A stretch of 64,000 nt of DNA, from positions 9,431-73,430 of the forward strand of contig CAZRDM010000010.1 of the NCBI GenBank assembly GCA_964598845.1, read 5' to 3'. Of the stretch, positions 16,728-24,728 are shown in pieces. This DNA is from an uncultured Candidatus Bathyarchaeia archaeon. Its GTDB lineage: Archaea > Thermoproteota > Bathyarchaeia > 40CM-2-53-6. Every line of letters starts with the position of its first letter. The first letter of the stretch is position 1. The translations under genes were made by a program, and so were the position numbers. A model generated the notes under the pieces. It saw nothing but the letters and a program-made list of their open reading frames with translations. It was not told the DNA's origin and made no database searches.

Positions 16728-19295
16728 CTAGCCTCCTGCATCCCTTAGCCTCCTACGCCTCAGCACTGTCAAGGTTACTAGACCAATCGTGATTCCGGCG
16801 ATTATTGACTCAACTGGAAATCCTGGAATACCACCAGGTGTTGTTGTCGCTGTCTGCGTCACTGTGGTCGTCGTGCTTGTGTAAAGAATTGAAGTCGAAG
16901 TAGTCGTTGTCGAAGTTGCGACGTGGGTTGTCGATGTGGATACAGTCGAGACTACTGTCGTTGTGGATGTTGCTGTCAAGATACCGCCAAACGGTGCGAA
17001 GCGCAGTATTGTCGATGGCGGGCTAGCGGCCACCGGTACTGGGGGCGCCGAGAAGATGGGTGAAGATCCGACGATCCAGCCTTCGCTTCTAGAAATCATA
17101 TACACCGAGTTGAGGTTTGGTGGAATCATCGGAAGGCCCAGCAGTGAAGGCGCCAATGTGATGTGCGTCCAAGCGATCCCATCCCAGTGGAAAATTGTTA
17201 CCACCAACTGTAGCGGATCGCCAATGTTGCCAACCGCCCAACAGTCGTTTGAAGCTGGACAGTAAATCGACCTTAGGGTCGGAGGTGAAGCCAACGGACC
17301 CCCTGGCACCGTTGGAGTAGACACAAGCGTCCAGTGCGTCCCATCCCAGTATATGATGACAGGCCCAGCCGGAGGACCAGGCGGCAGAATGCCTCCGACA
17401 GCCCAACCGCTAGTCCGACTTAACATGAAGACCGAGTTCAGATTAGCTCCTACCGGAAGGGCCGTCACGGTCACGACGCTCCAAGTTCCCACACCACCAG
17501 TGACAGTATAGTGAAGGACTGTGCCTCCAGGCACCGCGCCACTATCCCCGACAGCCCAACCCTCATTTGGCCCTAACATGAATACCGAGTTCAGTGGCGG
17601 TAGAGGAACTGGAGTCACTGGCGCTGGGAATATGGCCCAGGAGCCGACTCCTCCAGTGACCGTGTAGTGCAATATGATTCCGGACCCACCTGGTGCTCGC
17701 GGCATGGTCACACATTGGTCCGGAGTGCCGCTACAGCCAACGGCCCAACCTTCAGTCGGGGACACCATGAACACAGATGAGAGAATATACGACCCCGGCG
17801 GCGGGGTTACAGTGTTCCAAGAGCCGCCTGTAAAGTGTAAGATGACTGGACATATCGGTCCGACGCACGTGGCGGTTGGATCAGTCCCCCCTCCCACCGC
17901 CCAGACATCTCCGCTCGAAAGCATGAACACAGCGTAGAGATCGTTGGTTGCTCCGATAGCCACACCTTTCGTCCACATGAAGCCATTCCAGTGAATTATT
18001 GTGGGCTCAGTCGTCAAAGGCGGAGGCGGAGGAGGGCCAATAAGGGAACTTGTGGCACGGCCCACAGCCCAGCCATCATTAGGATTGAAAGGCCCAGTCA
18101 GAGGTGGCCCAAACGATATCGAAGTAAGTTCAGTAAGAGTTGGACTTGTAACGGTCCCCCAGTTGACACCATCGTAATGTAGAATCTCCCCCGCCGTGCC
18201 GACTGCCCACGCGTCGCTGGCCGTGTTCATGAAGACCGAACTGAATTCAAACGCGGTAGCGGGGATTGTTGGAACCTGGTTCACAGGAAGGGCTGTCCAA
18301 GTTCCACCTGAATAGTGAACGAACGTCCCGGCGGTTCCGACCGCCCAACCCTCAGAAGCTGAGATCATGAAAACCTCCTGAAGATCATTGATTGTGGTTC
18401 CAGGACTGACAGGACCTGTCCAGACTCCTCCAGTATAGTGAAGTATTGTACCTCCAACTCCGACAGCCCAACCGTCAGTCGGACTGAGCATGAACACCGA
18501 AATGAGCGTCGTTGCAACCGGGGAGGGAACCGCAGTCCAAGAACCGCCGAAGTAGTGGTAAATCGCTCCCCCAGCTCCCACGGCCCAGCCCTCTGTCGCA
18601 CTCACCATAAAAACCGAGTTAAGAGGAGTTGCCACCGATCCCTGCAGACTCCAACCTCCTCCCAATCCGGGAACACCAGTCCAATGCCAGAAACGTCCGG
18701 CCGCACCAGCAACGTTCGATCCAACTGCCCAAGCATCCGTGGCACTCACCATGAAGACAGATTCGAGAGGACCAGCATCAGGGCCGGTCAGACCGGATAG
18801 CTGTTCTCTCCAAGTGACTCCGTCCCAGTGAAGCGCGATCGCACAAGTCAGCGCACCACCACCACCACAAGGGCCAGCTCCCGCTGCGTCGAAAGCTATA
18901 CCAACAGCCCAACCATCGTTGCGGCTTATCGGCCGACCGGGAGGACCAAAATTCACAGAGGTGAGAACGTAGCCAGCAGCAATGTTGGGGTCAGTCGGAT
19001 TCTTTGGCACTGGAACAAGATTCCAAGTTGCGCCGTCATAGTGTAATACTGCAGGCGATGCATGAAGGCCATCCATTACTCCAACTAAAGGGGTTCGATA
19101 GTCTCCAACAGCCCAGCCTTCACTCGCAGATAACATGTAGACCGATCTCAGAGGTGGATTGTTTGGAGGATTCAGGTAAGCTGTTGGGTTGATGTCCCTC
19201 CAGACACCCAACACACCACTCTGACTCTGTGCCGAAACGGAGAGAGCAAGAAGTGATATCGCTATGAACACGATCGAGAATTTGGCCTTACGCAT
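16728..19295 (-). CDS. Secreted surface protein, paralogue of 13728-16358 (14 propeller blades, Thr-rich linker, PGF-CTERM-like anchor)
   Basis: Signal peptide ending SVSA. There are 14 LNSVFM[VL]SxxEGWAVG-type repeats, a T-rich tract, and the C-terminus GGIPGFPVESIIAGITIGLVTLTVLRRRR. Confidence 0.8.
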   Translation of the reverse strand: MRKAKFSIVFIAISLLALSVSAQSQSGVLGVWRDINPTAYLNPPNNPPLRSVYMLSASEGWAVGDYRTPLVGVMDGLHASPAVLHYDGATWNLVPVPKNPTDPNIAAGYVLTSVNFGPPGRPISRNDGWAVGIAFDAAGAGPCGGGGALTCAIALHWDGVTWREQLSGLTGPDAGPLESVFMVSATDAWAVGSNVAGAAGRFWHWTGVPGLGGGWSLQGSVATPLNSVFMVSATEGWAVGAGGAIYHYFGGSWTAVPSPVATTLISVFMLSPTDGWAVGVGGTILHYTGGVWTGPVSPGTTINDLQEVFMISASEGWAVGTAGTFVHYSGGTWTALPVNQVPTIPATAFEFSSVFMNTASDAWAVGTAGEILHYDGVNWGTVTSPTLTELTSISFGPPLTGPFNPNDGWAVGRATSSLIGPPPPPPLTTEPTIIHWNGFMWTKGVAIGATNDLYAVFMLSSGDVWAVGGGTDPTATCVGPICPVILHFTGGSWNTVTPPPGSYILSSVFMVSPTEGWAVGCSGTPDQCVTMPRAPGGSGIILHYTVTGGVGSWAIFPAPVTPVPLPPLNSVFMLGPNEGWAVGDSGAVPGGTVLHYTVTGGVGTWSVVTVTALPVGANLNSVFMLSRTSGWAVGGILPPGPPAGPVIIYWDGTHWTLVSTPTVPGGPLASPPTLRSIYCPASNDCWAVGNIGDPLQLVVTIFHWDGIAWTHITLAPSLLGLPMIPPNLNSVYMISRSEGWIVGSSPIFSAPPVPVAASPPSTILRFAPFGGILTATSTTTVVSTVSTSTTHVATSTTTTSTSILYTSTTTTVTQTATTTPGGIPGFPVESIIAGITIGLVTLTVLRRRRLRDAGG

Positions 19296-19602
19296 CGAGA
19301 CCCACCACTAGAATTCCTGATGAACGGAGAGCGAGAACGAGGGATAACTAATAACATTAAGTAATCATTACATGTTAAACCGAATGCGGTTAATTTCGTT
19401 CATCTTACCGCAAAGATGCCTCGTTTACGTCTCGTCTCTCTGGCAGACCACTGCCTTTGTATGAGTTGCGAGAGTAATTACCCGTCCATCCCACTAGCAG
19501 TTTGCGCTACCCAAGTCTACGACCAGTGCCCATACAATGCAGACTTATCACTTTCCTGACTAGAAAGAAACGCACATGTCATGGAGGCTCGCTCCTGGGC
19601 CG

Positions 19603-19788
19603 CTAGGAGAGTCTCGCCTGACGATTCTTGTCGTGGTCTGCTAGGCAGGCTTCGCACACTGTGCTTCCGCAGTTCTTGCAGCTCTTCAATGAGCCCTGAG
19701 GTGGCTGGCCGCAGAAGCCACAGCATATGCTGCCAAGCAACTCGACTAATGCTCCATGCTTGGAGTCTTCACGATTCCTATAAGCCAC
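19603..19788 (-). CDS. Possible small Cys-rich zinc-ribbon protein
   Basis: 61 aa with CGFCG-x10-CKNCG-x4-CEAC spacing. It is the most protein-like of three overlapping ORFs. Support is weak because there is no room for a separate promoter before the divergent gene. Confidence 0.3.
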   Translation of the reverse strand: MAYRNREDSKHGALVELLGSICCGFCGQPPQGSLKSCKNCGSTVCEACLADHDKNRQARLS

Positions 19789-19822
19789 GCTTCAAAGTTG
19801 CAAGACCAAGGAGCTCGGTCCA

Positions 19823-20116
19823 ATGAGGATCCGTCTCAGATTGTACGGCGTCTTCAGAACAGCCGCGGGGGACAGCCAGCTTGAACTTGAAGTTCTTGAG
19901 GAAAGACCGAGCGTGAGAACTGTCATAACTCAGCTTGTGTCGCAGGAGCAATTCAAGACCTTGAAGAATCTCCTTCTGGAAGACGGGACAGCGGATCCCC
20001 GACCTAATGCACTGATCATGGTTTCAGGTCGCGAGATAGGCACATTGAATGGGCTGGAAACCCAACTTGGAGAGGATGAGGAACTGGCCCTGCTTCCAGT
20101 CGCGCACGGTGGTTAA
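19823..20116 (+). CDS. MoaD/ThiS/SAMP-family ubiquitin-like protein (C-terminal GG)
   Basis: 97 aa with a beta-grasp-like pattern, ending LLPVAHGG immediately before the stop. AAGGAG lies upstream of the ATG. Confidence 0.75.
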   Translation: MRIRLRLYGVFRTAAGDSQLELEVLEERPSVRTVITQLVSQEQFKTLKNLLLEDGTADPRPNALIMVSGREIGTLNGLETQLGEDEELALLPVAHGG

Positions 20117-20135
20117 CAGATACGCTCGTTGTAAA

Positions 20136-21038
20136 TCAGAGATTTCTGGTCTGGAATTTCGCGTTGGGCATAAGGAGTTCGTTCATGCTTCCTATTCTAT
20201 ATCCGAAGAGATCGAAAGTAACGTACGTGAAGCCCAACTGACGCAGTGATTTCGCTAGGCTGTTAAGTAACTCCTCGTTGAAGAACAGTCTACGTTCGTC
20301 TCTCCCGACCTCGATCCTCGCCAAGTTTCCGTGATCTCTAACCCTGAGTTCTCTTACGCCCGTTATGTTTCGAATCAAGTTCTCAGCGTTTTCGATTCTC
20401 CTAAGCCTTTCAGGCGTTATCGTCTCACCATATTGGACTCTCGATGACAAACAAGGCATTGATGGTTTGTTGAAGTTTGGCAAGCCAAGTAGTCTGGCTA
20501 GCTCTCTAACCTCAGCTTTGCTGAATCCGGCCTCGGCCAGCGGCCTTCTAACGCCTTCCTCGTTGAGAGCGGCTATGCCAGGGCGATGTCCTCTCAGATC
20601 CTCAGCGTTAGTTCCGTCAACGATGACAGATATTTTGAGTTGTGTAGCCAAGAGCTTCAATTTCTCACTCAACTCCTTCTTGCAGAAGTAGCATCGGTTC
20701 GCTGGATTCGCGACGTAGTTGGGATCTTCCACCTCCTGAGTTCGAATGGTGATATGTCTGAGGCCAAGCTGCCCAGCAAGTCGCCTCGTTTCTTCCAATT
20801 CAGAAGAGGGCAGGCTCGGAGATTCCGCAGTAACTGCAATTGCTCCATTCCCAAGCGCGACCTTCGCAAGATAGGCAACAAGCGTACTATCCACGCCACC
20901 GGAGAACGCGACGATCACTCCTCCGAAAGCATGGAGCTCACTCAACACTTGGCTGGCTTTGCTGCGAATATGAGGCGAGAGAATACGCAATTCTTCGCCC
21001 TTGATGGTCACTAACTGTCCGGTTTCTGCTGCTAACAT
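20136..21038 (-). CDS. larE: LarE-type PP-loop ATP pyrophosphatase (nickel-pincer cofactor sulfur insertase), three-Cys (Fe-S) type
   Basis: PP-loop VAFSGGVDST with LarE-like collinearity to the end (FTYVTFDLFGYRIGSMN). The Cys motifs CYFCKK and PCLSSR are present. Confidence 0.8.
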   Translation of the reverse strand: MLAAETGQLVTIKGEELRILSPHIRSKASQVLSELHAFGGVIVAFSGGVDSTLVAYLAKVALGNGAIAVTAESPSLPSSELEETRRLAGQLGLRHITIRTQEVEDPNYVANPANRCYFCKKELSEKLKLLATQLKISVIVDGTNAEDLRGHRPGIAALNEEGVRRPLAEAGFSKAEVRELARLLGLPNFNKPSMPCLSSRVQYGETITPERLRRIENAENLIRNITGVRELRVRDHGNLARIEVGRDERRLFFNEELLNSLAKSLRQLGFTYVTFDLFGYRIGSMNELLMPNAKFQTRNL

Positions 21039-21094
21039 TTTATGCTAGGTCAGACAGCTCATCGTACTTAGGAGTTGCGAAAAGGCGGGAGCAC

Positions 21095-21886
21095 TTGCGC
21101 GAAATCTTGCAGAAACTCGCACAAGGAAAAATTACAGTAGACGAAGCAGAGAAGGCGCTCAGGCTCTACGCAATAGAGAAAGTGGGACAATTCGCTAGAC
21201 TAGACGTGACACGTGAACTCCGCCGTGGAGTACCAGAGATTGTGCTTGGTGAAGGAAAGTCGGACGAGGACATTGTTGGAATCTGCAAGCGTATGCTAGA
21301 TACGAGTGGCCGAGTAATCGTTACTCGATTGAACGATACGCAGATCACTCGCCTGAAGAAAACTTTCACACCAAACTATGAGCTAACAGAGTTGCCGCAT
21401 GCGAAATCATTAGTCATGAGGAAGACCGACTATAAGCGAGTGGAAACAGGCGGCCGCGTTGGAATAGTAACTGCTGGGACTGTGGACTTACCGATCGCCG
21501 AAGAGGCTGCGATGATCGCACAGGAGATGGGTTGCAAGACCTTCCTTGAGGCTGACGCAGGTGTCGCCGGAATTCATCGTTTAGTCGAACCGTTGAATCG
21601 AATGATAGAGAACGATGTAGACAGCTTGATCGTTGTTGCTGGAAGGGAGGGCGCGCTACCGACGGTTGTCGCGGGCCTGGTCGATCTTCCTCTCATCGCT
21701 GTACCAACATCCTCAGGTTACGGTTACGGAGGCAGAGGTGAGGGGGCGCTAATGGCGATGCTTCAGGCTTGCTCGTTGGGGATAGCTGTCGTTAACATAG
21801 ATTCCGGTATCGCTGCAGGCGTGGTAGCTGGGCAGATTGCGAACCGCGTGGCGAAAGCGCGAACAGCGCGACCAACGACTCATTAG
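21095..21886 (+). CDS. larB: LarB (nickel-pincer cofactor biosynthesis carboxylase/hydrolase, PurE-like)
   Basis: N-terminal ILQKLAQGKITVDEAEKAL, and a C-terminal PurE-like domain with VVAGREGALPTVVAGL. Confidence 0.8.
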   Translation: MREILQKLAQGKITVDEAEKALRLYAIEKVGQFARLDVTRELRRGVPEIVLGEGKSDEDIVGICKRMLDTSGRVIVTRLNDTQITRLKKTFTPNYELTELPHAKSLVMRKTDYKRVETGGRVGIVTAGTVDLPIAEEAAMIAQEMGCKTFLEADAGVAGIHRLVEPLNRMIENDVDSLIVVAGREGALPTVVAGLVDLPLIAVPTSSGYGYGGRGEGALMAMLQACSLGIAVVNIDSGIAAGVVAGQIANRVAKARTARPTTH

Positions 21887-21951
21887 TCCGAATGATATTC
21901 AATTTGGTTCGGGCAGAAACAGAACCATACCTCTAAGGCGTCAACGGAATA

Positions 21952-22890
21952 TCATGTGCTCTTGATGGTCTTGAGTTGCCCTATCGCCGTTCTTACGACA
22001 TCCACAGATTTGAGAAAGGCCGTCTTTTCCTCTTCGTTCAATTTGAGTTCTATCACCCGCTCTACGCCCCGGGCACCGAGAACTGCAGGAACATCCACGT
22101 AGATGCCCTTCATGCCATATTCACCGTTTAGGTGCGCCGTCATGCAGAGAACCATCTTCTTGTCTCTGATGATGCTTTCCACCATACGAGTTATTCCGTG
22201 AGCAGGGGCGTAAACTGTTGCTCCCTTTAGCGTAATGACTTCAGCGGCGATTTTCCTTGTTTGCTCGACCGTCTGTGTCACCTCAACCGGTGAGAGTAGC
22301 TCTGTTACTGGAACGCCACTTACAGTCGAGAACCTCGGGAGCGGCACCATCGAATCGCCATGCTCACCTATAACGACCGCTTGGACAGAACTAGTTGACA
22401 CCCCCAGAGCCCTTGCAATGAAATGTTTGAAACGCATAGTGTCCAACATTCCGCTTTGGCCAAAAACTCGTGAGGGCTCGAAACCAGTCACCCTCCAAGC
22501 CAGGTAGGTCATCACATCCACTGGATTTGTGACCATCAACACCAAAGACTTCGGAGTATATTCCACGATGTGTTCACAGATACCACGAATGATCTCTTCA
22601 TTCTTATCCTGCAAATCCAGCCTCGTCATGCCAGGTTTTCTGCCCAAACCACCCAGGACGACAACCAAGTCGGATCCGGCGATGTCTTTGTAATCGTTTG
22701 AACCAATGATGTCGACATCGGCACCTTGCTCCGCGGTCATTTGTCGGAGATCAAGGGCCTCGCCCTGCGGAAGACCTTTGATGATATCAATGAGTCTGAG
22801 ATCACCCAACTCTCGAGATGCGACCTGAAGGGCAACGGCACTTCCCAATTTTCCGGTTCCGATAATCGAGATCAGCTTGCGCGCCGACAA
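21952..22890 (-). CDS. mdh: Malate dehydrogenase (LDH-like MDH family)
   Basis: ISIIGTGKLGS Rossmann motif, VVVLGGLGRKPGMTRLDL, and VIGEHGDS. Confidence 0.85.
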   Translation of the reverse strand: MSARKLISIIGTGKLGSAVALQVASRELGDLRLIDIIKGLPQGEALDLRQMTAEQGADVDIIGSNDYKDIAGSDLVVVLGGLGRKPGMTRLDLQDKNEEIIRGICEHIVEYTPKSLVLMVTNPVDVMTYLAWRVTGFEPSRVFGQSGMLDTMRFKHFIARALGVSTSSVQAVVIGEHGDSMVPLPRFSTVSGVPVTELLSPVEVTQTVEQTRKIAAEVITLKGATVYAPAHGITRMVESIIRDKKMVLCMTAHLNGEYGMKGIYVDVPAVLGARGVERVIELKLNEEEKTAFLKSVDVVRTAIGQLKTIKST

Positions 22891-23134
22891 CTATTACACT
22901 AGTTGTACTATCCGAAGCCCTTGCATAAGGTCCCATCGCTTCTCGTAGGATTGGAGACGCGAGATCGTACGCTATCGTGTCGCGATTCGGCGTTTGATGT
23001 TTACTAATAAATTTTCGCCTCATTCGTCAGGAATTCTTGCGAGTTTCTCGATTCTTTAGAAAAGCCTTTTATGGCTTCAGCATGCGCTAACACCCATTCG
23101 TTTCAGACAGGGGAGGGAATGTTCATTGGTTGAA

Positions 23135-23272
23135 ATGTTCTGCGTGAAATGCAAGGAGAAGAAGACGGTGCCAGACGATCAGACTACCTTGGAGAAAACT
23201 GCCAAAGGGCGCAACATGCTGCGTGGAACTTGCCCGACTTGCGGCACTAAGATGACGAAGTTCACAAAGTAG
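23135..23272 (+). CDS. Small zinc-ribbon protein (DUF5679-like), absent from the ORF track
   Basis: My translation is MFCVKCKEKKTVPDDQTTLEKTAKGRNMLRGTCPTCGTKMTKFTK (CxxC...CxxCGTKM). An alternative TTG start at 23126 has GGGGAGGG 8 nt upstream. Confidence 0.65.
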   Translation: MFCVKCKEKKTVPDDQTTLEKTAKGRNMLRGTCPTCGTKMTKFTK

Positions 23273-23282
23273 TAATTCCTCC

Positions 23283-23314
23283 CCGTGTAGATCCGCTGTC
23301 TTCCGTGTAGATCC
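23283..23314 (+). repeat. Direct 12-nt repeat CCGTGTAGATCC x2 (period 20) just after the small zinc-ribbon gene
   Basis: Copies at 23283-23294 and 23303-23314. The second copy can pair with the downstream GGATACAC to form an imperfect hairpin. Confidence 0.5.
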
Positions 23315-23482
23315 TCAACGGATACACCATTCTACATGTTTCCATGCTCAAATCTTCTCACCGGGAAACCGTTTTTCGGTCTCACAAATACGATGATGAC
23401 TCGCGGAAATCACAGAGTGCATTTTTCAATAACCTTCAGAGTCTACTGTCTGTCAACCAGTTGGTAATTTGGGGCTATCTGA

Positions 23483-24328
23483 TTGGAGATCAGTTCGTCA
23501 CACCTGAACTTTCGAATATCCTTAGTTGAAATTGAGGAACTGAAGCCCCATGAGGAAGTTGTCGATTCGATCGTGAAGTCGCTCGCAAGCGATATGCAGT
23601 GTGAAGGAAAGGTTCGAGATCCAATTATTGTCGATCAAGTTGAATATGTGATCTTGGACGGAATGCATCGCTTCAGCGCCTTGAGATCGCTTAATTGCCG
23701 CTTCGTGCCTTGCTGTCTTCTTGATTATGATAGCAGCTTGGTCAAAGTCGGCTCTTGGTTTAGACTTTTCCAAGTGGAGCACGCGGAACCTGTGGCTGAG
23801 GAATTGCTTGTGGAGGCTGATCTGAAGTATTCGAAGCAGCATGTAGACCTTGAAAGCATGGCTTACCAAGCAGACACCGTCATTTTGGTTGAAGGTGATC
23901 TCGCCTTTTCTATGGATCAGCCTCTTGATCCGCTGGAACACGCAAGGACGGCGGTTCGACTAGAGAAGGCGATGGTCAAGAGAGGCTACAAGGTGAACTA
24001 TCTATCTGAGATGGATGCGATAGGGAATCTGAGATCAAGGACAGTGAGTCTCGCCATTTCGCTTCCTGTATTCAGTAAGCGGCAAATCAGAGAATTCGGG
24101 TTGAGTGGTCGCCTTCTGCCGCACAAGGTTACCCGCCATGTGATACCCTCACGCCCACTTGGCATTGATGTCCCAACAGCGCTTCTACATGACCCAGCCA
24201 TCTCCGGGGTTGAAGCTGAGAGGAAGCTGGGCGACTTGCTCGCGGCGAGGCATGTGGAAAGAAAACCGCGAGGATCCACGGTTGGTGGAAGGCGTTATGA
24301 GGAAGAACTCCTCGTGTTCTCTTCGTGA
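23483..24328 (+). CDS. ParB/sulfiredoxin-fold domain protein (possible SerK-like kinase)
   Basis: The N-terminus has IEELKPHEEVV and ILDGMHRFSAL, which are hallmarks of the ParB N-terminal (Srx) fold. The C-terminal half is unassigned. Confidence 0.65.
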   Translation: MEISSSHLNFRISLVEIEELKPHEEVVDSIVKSLASDMQCEGKVRDPIIVDQVEYVILDGMHRFSALRSLNCRFVPCCLLDYDSSLVKVGSWFRLFQVEHAEPVAEELLVEADLKYSKQHVDLESMAYQADTVILVEGDLAFSMDQPLDPLEHARTAVRLEKAMVKRGYKVNYLSEMDAIGNLRSRTVSLAISLPVFSKRQIREFGLSGRLLPHKVTRHVIPSRPLGIDVPTALLHDPAISGVEAERKLGDLLAARHVERKPRGSTVGGRRYEEELLVFSS

Positions 24329-24384
24329 GTTTCAGCTTTATATTCCGCTCATTGTTCTCTATCGGCCGAAATGCGTGACGTACA

Positions 24385-24579
24385 ATGCCATCCGAACTCA
24401 AGGATGCTGAAGAATTTCTTCGAATCTCAGAGCGCGCAGGTGAATGCCGCGTTAAGAGGCTAAAGGACATGGTTAAGCTTAAGCTTCGCACATCGAAGCA
24501 GCTTTACACTCTCAGCGTCGATCCGGATAAGGCAGCAGAACTGCTGAAACAGATCAAATGCGAAATCATCGAAGCATAG
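24385..24579 (+). CDS. rpl38e: Ribosomal protein eL38
   Basis: 64 aa. ELKDAEEFL...VKRLKDMVKLKLRTSKQLYTLSVDPDKAAELLKQ is collinear with eukaryotic/crenarchaeal L38e (IKDFL...VKFKVRCSRYLYTL...KAEKLKQS). Confidence 0.8.
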   Translation: MPSELKDAEEFLRISERAGECRVKRLKDMVKLKLRTSKQLYTLSVDPDKAAELLKQIKCEIIEA

Positions 24580-24728
24580 CCCTTTGATCTCTGAACGAGC
24601 GAGGATTCTCCCTGTCACCGGCAGAGATAGGCTTCGCCTCTCTTCTTTCAATTGGAGCCTTGGCGGTTCTCGCGTCCTTCTACTCCTCGTACCTTGGGTG
24701 GAGATTCGAACGTGAAGCATGATATGTC

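Noticed and set aside
19517-19826. Two further ORFs (19517-19726 on the minus strand, 19581-19826 on the plus strand) overlapping the Cys-rich ORF.
   Set aside because: Both have Arg/Ser-rich, low-information translations. Only the zinc-ribbon-like frame has any structure, and even that is low confidence.
23385-23490. Possible C/D-box sRNA: GATGATGA (C box) at about 23391 and CTGA at about 23480.
   Set aside because: The boxes are about 85-90 nt apart, there are no internal C'/D' boxes, and there is no terminal stem. This does not meet the archaeal C/D sRNA architecture.
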